The position numbers were made by a program, and so were the translations under genes. A stretch of 64,000 bases of DNA from Cycas panzhihuaensis (lineage: Eukaryota; Plantae; Cycadophyta): positions 149,241,741 through 149,305,740 of the forward strand of contig CM041465.1 in the NCBI GenBank assembly GCA_023213395.1, in the 5' to 3' direction. Under the pieces are notes generated by a model. That model was not told where the DNA came from, made no database searches, and saw only the letters and a list, made by a program, of their open reading frames with translations. Positions 53,301 to 64,000 of this stretch are shown in pieces; positions within the stretch are counted from its first letter, which is position 1, and each line of letters begins with the position of its first letter.

Positions 53301-54919
53301 AAGACACATGAAGTGGATGAGTTATTTACAACAATTCAATATTGTAATTAAGTATAAAAAGGGATCTAATAACAAAATTACTGATATGTTATCTAGACCA
53401 CCTTGTTCCACTTCTTCTTCTACTTTTATTTGTAGTTCCCTTATGAGTTTGCAGGTGGAGCCAATGCATCATGAAGAGCACAAAGACTTGTACCATGAAG
53501 ATGAAGCTTTGAAGGAATAATTAGAGAACCTAGCGAAAGGAAGACCTTCCCAGCTTGCTTGGAAGGATGGTCTACTTTTCAAAGGGGAGTAGCTCTATGT
53601 TCCATCAAAAGGAGATAAGATCAAGTGGCTTAGAGAAGCCCATACTTCTAAAGTAGCTGGTCACTTTGGTATAGAGAAGACTTTAGCAAACTTGAGAAGA
53701 TATGTTGTATGGCCAAAAATACAAAATGATGTAAAAAAAATATGTAAAAGGATGTGTAATATGTAATACTTCTAAGCCTTCTTCTAGAAAATTAGGATTG
53801 TATACACCACTTCCTATTCCCACTAGACCTTGGGAAAGTATCTTCATTGATTTCTTAGGGGGACTTCCCATGACTAGGAAGGGACATGATTATCTTTTTG
53901 TTATTGTAGATAGGTTTAGTAAAATGATATATCTAATACCTTGTAAGAAGACAATCACAGGTACATGAGCAACTGAGTTATTCTTCGAGCATGTATGGAA
54001 GAATTTTGGCTTGCCTTCTTCCATCATTTCAGATTGGGACAATCAATTCCTTTCATCATTTTGGAAGTCACTATGGGAGATGATGGATACCAAATTGAAG
54101 AGGAGTACAAGTTTCCATCCTCAAATAGATGGACAAATCAAAGTAATGAACAGAACTTTGGTACATTTATTGAGGGGATATAATTCCAAGCATCCAAAGA
54201 CTTGGGATGAATCATTAGCTTTTCTACAATTTGCATTTAATAGAGCAATGCATGCATCACACTCTAAAGCACCTTTTGAAGTTTGTTTGGGATACTTACC
54301 TCAAAGTCCATTTGACTTAGAGTTTTCCATACAAGCTAAGGAAGGATCCGTCAAAGAGAAGGAGGAGCATGATAAGGATTTAAGATATTTAGAGAAGATC
54401 TAGAGAGTCCACAAAGAAGTACATGATCAACTTCTAAGGACTCAACAAAAGTACAAGGAAAGACATGACAAGCATGGATAAGAGTGTACTTTTCAAGAAG
54501 GATATTTAGTATGGTTATACTTGAGCAAGGAGAGGTTAAAAGGAGAAGGCAAGAAACTCAAACCTATAAGGTATGGACCATTCATGATTTTGAGAAAAGT
54601 AGGTGGCAATGCTTTCCAACTTGATCTTCCACCTTATATGCAAATATATTTAGTAGTAAATGCTGAATACTTAAAACTCTTTGAGCCCTCCATGCTAGAT
54701 GAGGAATAGGACCAATTCACTTTACCTTCAGTTAATGATTTGTATTTGGAAAGTGAGGAACCTCTCAAGGAAGATTGTATCTTGGAGAGAAAATCTACCA
54801 AAACAAGACATAAGACACATGAATCTTTCAGGATTAGAGTAGTAGGGAAATTGCTTAGTAAGGCCAAGTGGTTTAGTAGGAAACAAGGAGAATAACACTC
54901 CCCCCATCTCCAATTCTAA
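50366..54919 (+). pseudogene. E8 gag-pol (gag, PR, RT, RH, INT, chromodomain-like tail), originally one frame
   Basis: ORF pieces 50456-52963 share a frame; CEYCDINGHITTKC, IIDLGSQKN, HPHPYPLGW, YLDDILIFS, EADAS, PSSIISD, GPF; stops and two 1-bp frameshifts. Confidence 0.95.
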
Positions 54920-54960
54920 GCCAAACAGGAGTTGGCTATTTTCCAAGGAAGGGGGAGCCA

Positions 54961-56012
54961 TGATCCAAGAGGATCTACCATATGTTTACAGGATGCGGAA
55001 AAGGCTAGGCATTGGAATAACTGAAAGAGATATGGCTAAATGGTATCAAAATTATATTAAATTTTGTGTAAAGGTAGAATACACATCCCAATAGATGTGT
55101 ACAAAAGGTGGGGTTCAGAAAATATCATTTGATTAGAGTTCAAGCCTTGTTTTGCATAAAATTAATCCCATAGCTAGCAGAAAAAAATAGCAAATACATA
55201 TTATTACTAAATGAATACAAATACCACCAAATGACATCTAAATGAGATAAAATTTTTTGAAAGCAGAGGAGGCATATGTTCCTATACATGTACCAAATTT
55301 TAGCCAAATTGGAGTTCGTTAAGGTTAGTTACAAGCCACAACTTTTAAGAATTACATGAAGGCCACTTGGACAGCAGAAAAATAACAAATACATATTATA
55401 ACTAAGTGAATAAAAATGTAGTCAAATGACATCCAAATAAGTTTAAATTTTTAGTAATTGGAGGAGACATATGTTCCTATATATGTACCAAATTTGAGCC
55501 AAATTGGAGTCAGTTAAGATTAGTTACAAGCTAAAACTTTTTAAGAATTGCATGAAGGCCACTTGTACAACATGCATTCTAGTGGTTAGTGGTTATACTT
55601 GCATGATTGCCACTTGTTAAACATGCAATTTTGGTTTCTTTCTATAAATTAAGCCCTATTATGGGTTGGAGTGGTGGTTCTTGGGGACTTGACTTGGGAA
55701 GCATCCTTGGAGAAGTATTTTGGAGGGTTGGAGTCCCCCTTATGGTATAATTGTATCATTTATTCCTTGTAATTTTACCATTCTTTTGCTAGTTGATTTC
55801 TCCACCATTAAATGGAGATTTTCATAGTTTAATAAAAGTACTACTCCTCATACTTTTAGATCAATGTCAAGAATAAATGATTTAGTGTAGAATTTCCTTT
55901 CGTGGGCCCATTATTGTTTTGATGTTATTGAGTTTTCTACACTAACTCCCAGGATCTCAAGGAGAAAAGGTTGATAATTGACTTCTTCACCAACTAAGCT
56001 CTTTTGGGATCA
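54961..56012 (+). repeat. E8 3' LTR
   Basis: Aligns with 49272-50322. Confidence 0.95.
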
Positions 56013-56837
56013 ACATGTCTATTTGTTGCATGTTTCCATGAGCTTGCATCCCTTGTATACATCTTGCCTCACATACCATTACTTTTCCAATCCCTCTCCT
56101 CTTTTTTGCATTTGAAATTTAAAAGAAAGTGAGGACATGCATGAGTGAGCAAATAAGTGGTTTTGTTTATGTTGTTCTTTTCCTTCTTTCAAGAAATAAC
56201 CTATCTTACATATAAGAACACAACATCATATACACAAACCCAACCCTACATAGGTCATATACCAACCTACATGCAAAAGAATTGGAACTTTTCCATTGTC
56301 ACCTCACATCCCTAAAACTATCTTAGATATAGCGCCTTAAGGGCATCTCTCCTTTAAGGCCCAATTTCCTCATTATTTTTTGTTGCACTCATTACGACTA
56401 AGTAACCTTAGTGTAACCTTTGAGTTAGTTCCACACCCGTAGGATTGGTCACCTCTCTATTCCTTCATGAGTGCACACTACTTCCACCTCTTACCTAAAA
56501 CCACCTCTCCTATCTCTTTCTTCCCAAGAAAGGAGTCATCCTCTTGCTTGTCTTCTCCTCCCACTTTTGGCCATCGAAGGACGAGAGGGCCCATCTTCTA
56601 AGGTTACTTGGGAACATGAGGATATCCCTCATCTCTTTCACCCCCAAACTAAGGTAGAGTTGCTTTAAAGAGAGTTTGTGTTCTATTTGTGGGTCCTAAA
56701 CCTGCATTCCAATGCATGGATGTCCCTTTGTGGGTAATCTCCTTCACTTGATAAATAGATCTTTACCCTAGGACCTCTTCGTTGGTTGACTTGATCTTAA
56801 CCAAGTATGGTTACCACCCTCAGAGGTGCAATTCCAC

Positions 56838-56857
56838 TGGTGACCATACTGGGGATC
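56838..56857 (+). promoter_or_regulatory. E7 PBS, tRNA-Arg-like
   Basis: TGGTGACCATACTGGGGATC. Confidence 0.8.
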
Positions 56858-56885
56858 AGCTAGTAAGGGATTAATCCTCTCTCCC

Positions 56886-58485
56886 TGAAGGAAGGATGGA
56901 TCTAGGAGATAAATCACTCACATGCACATAATGGCAATGGAGAATGAAAAAGAAGATGAAACAAGATATGAGAGCAAGCTTGGAGGTGAGAATAAATAAT
57001 TACTCCCTCCTTGAGAATTCTCTTTTTATTATTGAGGGTGAGCATTAGGGTTAGGATTTTTCCACCTAATGACATGAACCTGAAATTACATCTAAATAAA
57101 CATAAAGTATATTTTATTAAGAGACTAATGCTAATAATATATCTTAAGGTCACATAATTAATCTACACAAATGACCTTGATACATTAACATCTTTCAATC
57201 CCCCCCTTAATGGTGGAAGGTCATTTTCAGAAAATCTATTCTATGAAGTCTTCATTTGAGCCTCATTATTACAATGAAATTCTAAATGACACTTTTGTGG
57301 GAAAACCCTCATGGGGAATAAAAACCCACGAACTTTCTAACATCTATAGCCCCTTTCATAATGGCTAAGGTGGCTCTTTGATGTAGCCTAATAGCTAAGT
57401 AGCTTAAATGTGTAGCTTAATCTGCTAAGTCTCTATATACTATTTGGTCATTCCCTATGCCCTTTTGGGTTTTCACAGGTTTTGATTTTCCAAAACAAGT
57501 ACAACCCTTATCCTTTCATGCCCATATGGGGTTTTCACAAAGAGGATAGAGTAGAGACTTACTCTTATTTTTCTGTGTCCATAAGGGGTTTTCACGAAGA
57601 GAATAGAGTATGATGATCCTGTTGCCATCTTCTTTGATCAATCAAAGATGGAGGCCCTAAGGCTAAACTTCCTTCAGAACTGTTCAAACTTCACCCTTTG
57701 TAGTAGTTTGGTGAAGATATCGGCCACTTGATCCGGTGGGATGAATCTAATTGAATTGTGCCATCATAAACAAGTTTCCTAATCCGGTGGACTTTCGTAC
57801 TTATGTGTTTAGTACGATCATAAAATATAGGATTTTTTGCCATGCAAATTGCTGATTGATTATCCACATGAAGACTCGTAGGACTTGTTTAGGTGATATT
57901 CAATGTTTTCAATAATTTTCTTAGCCATATCACCTCTTTACTGGTCTCAGAAGTAGTAATGTATTCAACTTTGGCAGTTGAATCTGTAACTATCTTCTGC
58001 CATTTGAATCTCCCTGATATTGGTGTTGTTCCAAGAAATGTTACATATCCAGATGTAGATCTTCCTATATCTTTATCTCCTACAAAGTTTGAGTATGTGT
58101 ATGTAGAAAGCTTGAAGTCTGAATTAGGTTCATACAACAAACCATATTTGTTGGTCATCTTAAGGTATCTCAACACTCGCACTGCTACCTGCTAATGATT
58201 CTGCTTAGGATTTGTCATATAACGAGTAAGAATACCAATAGAGTGTATGATATTTGGCCTTGTATTGGTAGTGTAGATGAGACTACCTACAAGTTTCCTG
58301 TAGAGTGTTGCGTATGCCTCCCTAGTGTCACCTTCAACTGAGAGTTTGGTGTTAGGATCCATAGGTAACATCACTGGTCGAGCATCTTCTAATTGAAACT
58401 TGGTTAGAAGATCATTGATGTATTTTTCTTGGGAGAGGAAAATTTTTTCATTATTTTGTGTTACTTCAATTCCCAAGTAATATTT
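56886..58485 (-). mobile_element. E9: 3' part of a Ty1/Copia element inserted 28 bp after the E7 PBS, interrupted by E10
   Basis: LTR 56886-57197 (TGAAG...TTTCA), PPT TTAAGGGGGGGAT 57198-57210 (-), RT/RH upstream on the minus strand. Confidence 0.88.
57640..58485 (-). pseudogene. E9 RT C-half + RNase H
   Basis: KYYLGIEV, LSQEKYINDLL, YRKLVGSLIY..TRPNI, RSTSGYV, DNQSAI, RTKHI, ADIFTK. Confidence 0.93.
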
Positions 58486-59546
58486 TGATCCCAAAAGAGC
58501 TTAGTTGGTGAAGAAGTCAATTATCAACCTTTTCTCCTTGAGATCCTGGGAGTTAGTGTAGAAATCTCAATAACATCAAAACAACAATGAGCTCACGATA
58601 GGAAATTCTATACCAAATCATTTATCTTTGAAATTGATCGAAAAGTATGAGCAGTAGTACTTTTATTAAACTATGAAAATCTCTATTTAATGGTGGAGAA
58701 ATCAACTAGAAAAAGAATGGTAAAATTACAAGGAATAAATGATACAATTATACCATAAGGGGGACTCCAACCCTCCAAAATGCTTCTCTAAGGATGCTTC
58801 CCAAGTCAAGTGCCTTTCAACTCCAAGAACCCCCTCTCCAACCCCTAATAGGGCTTAATTTATATAAATAAACCAAAATTGCATGTTTAATAAGTGGCAA
58901 TCATGCAAGTATAACCGCTAACCACCAGAATGCATGTTGTCCAAGTGGCCTTCATGCAATTCTTAAATAGTTGCAGCTTGTAACTAATCTTAGCGGATCC
59001 CAATTTGGCTAACATTTGGAAAACATATAGGAACACATGTCCCCTATACTTCCTCAAAATTCTAGCTTATTTGGATGTCATTTGACTGCATTTTTATTCC
59101 TTTAATTATAATATGTATTTGCTATTTTTCTACTGTCCAAGTGGCCTTCATGTAATTCTTAATAGTTGTGGCTTATAACTGACCTTAACTAAATTCAATT
59201 CATCTCAAACTTGGTACATATATAGTAACAATGTATTCTCCACTTCTTTAAAATTTTAGCTTATTTGAATGTCATTTGTCTATATTTTGATTCATTTAAT
59301 GATAATATATATTTGCTATGTTTTTTCTGTTAGCTGTGGGATTAATTTTATGTAAAACAAGGCTTGAACTCTAATCAAATGATATTTTCTGAACCCCACC
59401 TTTTGTAAACATCTAGTGGGATGTGTCTTCTAGATTTACACAAAATTTTATATAATTTTGATACCATTTGGCCATATCTCTTTTAGTTATACCAATGCCT
59501 AGCATTTTCTGCATCCTGTAAACATATGGTAGATCCTCTTGGATCA
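58486..59546 (-). repeat. E10 3' LTR
   Basis: TGATCC...GGATCA; same tandem U3 unit as E8. Confidence 0.95.
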
Positions 59547-59587
59547 TGGCTCCCCCTTCCTTGGAAAATAACCAACTCCTGTTTGGC

Positions 59588-62500
59588 TTAGAATTGGAGA
59601 TTGGGGAAGTGTTGTTCTCCTTGTTGCCTACTAAACCACTTGGACTTACTAGGCAATTTCCCTACTACTCCAATCCTGAAAGATTCATATATCTTATGTC
59701 TTGTTTTGGTAGATTTTCTCTCCAAGATACAATCTTCCTTGAGAGGCTCCTCACTTTCCAAATACAAATCATCAACTGAAGGTAAAGTGAACTGGTCTTG
59801 TTCCTCATATAGCATGGAGGGCTCAAAGAGTTTTAAGTATTCAGCATTTACTACTTAATATATTTGCATATAAGGTGGAAGATCAAGTTGGAAAGCATTG
59901 CCACCTACTTTTCTCAAAATCTTGAATGGTCCATACCTTATAGGTTTGAGTTTCTTGCCTTCTCCTTTTAACCTCTCTTTGCTCAAGTATAACCATACTA
60001 AATCTCCTTCTTGAAAAGTACACTCTTGCCTATGCTTGTCATGTCTTTCCTTGTACTTTTATTGAGTCCTTAGAAGTTGATCATGTACTTCATTGGACTC
60101 TCCGGATCTTCTCTAAGTATCTTAAAGCCTTGTCATGCTCCTCCTTCTCTTTGACGGATCCTTCCTTAGCTTGCATGGAAAACTCTAAGTCAAATGGACT
60201 TTGAGGTAAGTATCCCAAACAAACTTCAAAAGGTGCTTTAGAGTGTGATGCATGCATTGCTCTATTAAATGCAAATTGTAGAAAAGCCAATGATTCATCC
60301 CAAGTCTTTGGATGCTTGGAATTGTATCCCCTCAATAAATGTACCAAAGTTCTGTTCACTACTTCAGTTTGTCCATCTGTTTGAGGATGGAAACTTGTAC
60401 TCCTCTTCAATTTAGTATCCATCATCTCCCATAGTGACTTCCAAAATGATGAAAGGAATCGAGTGTCCCGATCTGAAATGATGGAAGAAGGCAAGCCAAA
60501 ATTCTTCCATACATGCTCAAAGAATAACTCAGCCGCTCTTGTACCTGTGATTGTCTTTTTACAAGGTATTAGACATATTATTTTACTGAACCTATCTACA
60601 ACAACAAAAAGATAATCATGTCCCTTCCTAGTCATGGGAAGTCCCCCTAAAAAATCAATGGAGATACTTTCCCAAGGTCTAGTGGGAATAGGAAGTGGTG
60701 TATACAATCCTAATTTTCTAGAAGAAGGCTTAGAAGTATTACACATTACATATCCTTTTACATATTTTTTTACATAATTTTACATTTTTGGCCATACAAC
60801 ATATCTTCTCAAGTTTGCTAAAGTCTTCTCTATACCAAAGTGACCATACTTTAGAAGTATGGGCTTCTAAGCCACTTGATCTTATCTCCTTTGATGGAAC
60901 ATAGAGATGCTCCTCTTTGAAAAGTAGACCATCCTTCCAAGCAAGCTGGGAAGGTCTTCCTTTCGCTAGGTTCTCTAATTCTTCCTTCAAAGCTTCATCT
61001 TCATGGTACAAGTCTTTGTACTCTTCATGATACATTGGTTCCACCTGCAAACTCATAAGAGAACTACAAACAAAAGTAGAAGAAGAAGTGGAACAAGGTG
61101 GTCTAAATAACATATCAGCAATTTTGTTATTAGATTCCTTTTTGTACTTAATTATAATATTGAATTGTTGTAAATAACTCATCCACTTCATGTGTCTTGC
61201 TTGCTGTAATTTACTTTAGGTTTGTAAAAATTGAAGAGGCTTATGATCGGTATGAACTACAACCTCTTTTCTGAGCAAGTATGACCTCTAATGCTTGCAT
61301 GCTTGATGAAGTGCGAACATTTCTCGATCATATGTTGGGTAGTTCTTCACTTGAGGGGTGAAGACTTCTGAATGGTAAGCAATAGGCTTCCCATCTTGAA
61401 TAAGGACAGCTCCTATCGTATTTCCACTTGCATTAGCTTCTACTTCAAAAGGCCTTTGCAAATTTGGCATTACCAAAATTAGTGCTTCACAAATTTTCTT
61501 CTTTAAAAGAAGAAAAGCTTCTTCCTCCTTGGAACCCCAAGTAAACTTTCTACTAGACTTTGTCAATCCATGTATAGGTGCTGCAACCTGTGAGAAATGA
61601 AGAATAAACTTTCTCAAGTATTGACAAGCTCCTAAAAAACTTCTCACCTCTGTGATGTTTATTAGCCTAGGCCATTTGAGGATGGCTTGAGTCTTGAGTG
61701 GATCGATGCTCAACTTTCCTCCTCCAACCACAAATCCTAAGAAGATCAAGTTCTCCTTGCCAAATTCACACTTCTTCACATTAAGCTTCAAATGATGCTT
61801 AGCCATAGTCTTTAAAACTTCTTCTATGTGCTGCAAATGTTCCTCCCATGTGTTGCTGAAAATCAAAATGTCATCAAGATAGACAACAAAATTATCCAAG
61901 TAAGGCCTTAACATTTCATTCATTAGCCTCATGAATGTTGCAGGAGCATTACACAATCTGAAAGGCATAACCATCCATTCAAAGAGTCCTTGCTTTATTT
62001 TGAAGACCATCTTCCATGTGTCCTCGTCCTTGACCCTAACTTGGTGATAACCACTTTTCAAATCCAACTTAGTAAAATAACAAACATGCTGAATTTGATC
62101 AAGAAAATCATCTATGCGAGGCAAAGGGTAGCGATTTTTAATTGTAATTTTATTCAAAGCACGAAAGTCTATACATATTCTCCATCCTCCATCCTTCTTA
62201 GGCACCAAGACAATTGGTGACCCATAAGGTGAACATGAAGGTCTTATGACCCCTTGATTAAGCACTCCTCAACTTACCTCTTTATCTCATTATTCTCTAC
62301 AATGGAGTGCCTATACAAAGCAACATTAGGCAATGGTACATCTCCTACAAGAGTGATTTCATGCTCTATCTTTCTCTTTAGTGGTAGCCCATCAACATGT
62401 TGAAATAGAATATCATACCTTGTCTTTAACTCCTCAATTTGTTGCATTTGTTTAGGTGATATAAGAAGAGTGTGAGTAGAAGGACCTTCTTTATCTCCTG

Positions 62501-64000
62501 GCTCTTCTTTTCTCCTTACCATTAAGATGATGAATTTACCACATGCATTGATCATCCTTTTTGCTTGAGTAGCTGAAATTAATGCTATCTTATCCAAGTG
62601 CTTCTTTGTGGCCTTTATGATGAAGCCCTTGTTATCCTTCATCAACTGATACTTTCTCTCCCTTCGATAGAAGAGTGCATCTCGATCCCACAAATAGGGA
62701 CTCCCAAGCACAACATGGCATACATCTAATGGCACCACATCACGTATTACTTCATCAACAAAAGCATTAGTAATGGAAAATTTAAGTGTACATTGCTTTG
62801 ATATTTGCATTTCCACATCTTTATAGATCCAACCAAGAGGATATGGATGAGGGTGAGGAGTAGTTACCAACCCAATGCTCTTTACCAAACTTTCTAAGAT
62901 CAAATTCTTTTGGATCCCTGGATCTATAATGGCACCAATAATACTATTTCCTACTTGAAGTTTCAAGTGAAATAGTTCCTCCCTTGTAGTATCATCTTCA
63001 TAATTTGTAAATAGAGTAACCTTCTCTTCTTCTCCTTTACTTTGAATCTCCACCTCAGAAAGTAGTGCTTTCCCTTTTTCCTTCTTTCTTAATTCCATAT
63101 CCTTGATATGTTTTGGCTTTAGCTCTGGATGCAACTTCCAACACTTTGTTGTAATATGACCACTAATATCACAATGCTCATAATATTTAGAACTTTTAAC
63201 AAAATTAGTTCTTTTCTTCTTTCCTCCTTGTCTTTTAGATGAGTGCAATTTACGATTCTTTTCATACTTATTAGAAGTAAAAGTAGAATCTTTAGACATG
63301 AATGTAGATTTCTTGCTTTTACTTTCTATTGCCATAGCCATCCTACTTACTTCTCCAATGGATTGAACCTTAAAAAGCCTTAGTTCCTTCTTTATATATT
63401 CGTGTAATCCTCTAATGAATTTCGTAAGAGTGACATGTTCATCCATATTAATACCAAGTAGCATGCCATGCCTAAAAAGTAAAGAAGTATACTCTTAGAC
63501 ACTTACACCTCTCCCTTGGCGTAAATATTGCTAAGTGACCCATTGGTCTTCCTCATGACCTATGGGGTAGAATTACTTCTTTATTATTTTCTTAAAATCC
63601 CTCCATGAAAAAGAAGATACATCATGAGTCTTCAAATATGCATTCCACCATGTCAATGCATGTTTACACAACTTAAGCCTAGCAAATGAAAGATTTTGAG
63701 CATTACTATAAGCATAAATTGTGAAGTAGGTTTCAAGTTGATCCAACCAATGGTCCAACTTTTCAACATTTACCTCTCCATCATAAGTTAGAATATCCAA
63801 CTTTGCCTCCACCTTGAAGGGTTGATGAGATGAAGTACCCTTGCTTTCTTCAAAAGAGTGCTTTAAGGTCTCCTCCTCTTTGTCTTCATGGTTGTGGTCA
63901 TATGTGGATCCTCCTTTAAATTCCTTCTCTTTGTCTTTTCCTTTGACTAGAGGTAGAAGGTGGGTCATCATTTGCATCAAGGCTTCTACGTTCTTCTCAA
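59588..64000 (-). pseudogene. E10 gag-pol (disrupted)
   Basis: ORFs 63573-63980, 62274-63464, 61288-62265 (YLDD), 60090-60746 (VVVDRFSK, SDRD, PQTDGQTE), 59588-59815. Confidence 0.95.

Larger units (their letters stand above)
49272..56012 (+). mobile_element. E8: full-length Ty3/Gypsy chromovirus, CRM-like
   Basis: LTRs 49272-50322 and 54961-56012 (TGAT..ATCA), TSD GCATG/ACATG, PBS TGGTATCAGAGC 50328-50339, PPT AAGGAAGGGGGAG 54945-54957. Confidence 0.96.
47006..56836 (+). mobile_element. E7: 5' LTR (~3.1 kb net) of a second Tat-like Gypsy element, interrupted by E8
   Basis: Start TATTTCTTGGCTACTAGGAAT...GGTAAGTGCAGGTA resembles the E6 LTR start; sequence resumes after the E8 TSD and ends CCA before an Arg-type PBS. 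Confidence 0.82.
58486..64000 (-). mobile_element. E10: second copy of the E8 CRM-like family, inverted, truncated by the window edge
   Basis: 3' LTR 58486-59546 is the reverse complement of the E8 LTR; PPT 59550-59562; pol and gag are highly similar to E8. Confidence 0.96.

Overview
Gene-free, AT-rich, CpG-depleted plant heterochromatin made almost entirely of adjacent and nested LTR retrotransposons. The lineage mix and decay suggest a large-genome vascular plant, possibly a gymnosperm (inference). I resolve 11 elements, E0-E10. E0: truncated Copia at the left edge. E1 (4758-9024 +) and E2 (10560-14482 -): related non-autonomous Copia derivatives with the same RT-RNaseH deletion. E3 (15270-19447 -): RT-less Copia with an unexplained 1.8-kb insert. 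E4 (23046-29915 +): full-length decayed Copia with a 1.9-kb leader. From ~30877 a nested stack follows. Copia E5 hosts two Tat-like Gypsy elements. E6 (33280-46440) carries gag-protease-archaeal RNase H without RT/INT, plus an antisense Plant Mobile Domain gene. E7 starts at 47006, and its LTR hosts CRM-like chromovirus E8 (49272-56012). Copia E9 lies just inside E7 and hosts E10, an inverted copy of the E8 family. No intact host gene, RNA gene or CRISPR array is seen, and all coding regions are pseudogenised. The most notable signals are localised hypermutation in the U3 repeat of the E8/E10 LTRs, the RT-less Tat element retaining aRH and PMD, short-motif arrays in non-autonomous elements, and an antisense spliced unit in the E4 leader. 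All alignments and counts were done by eye.
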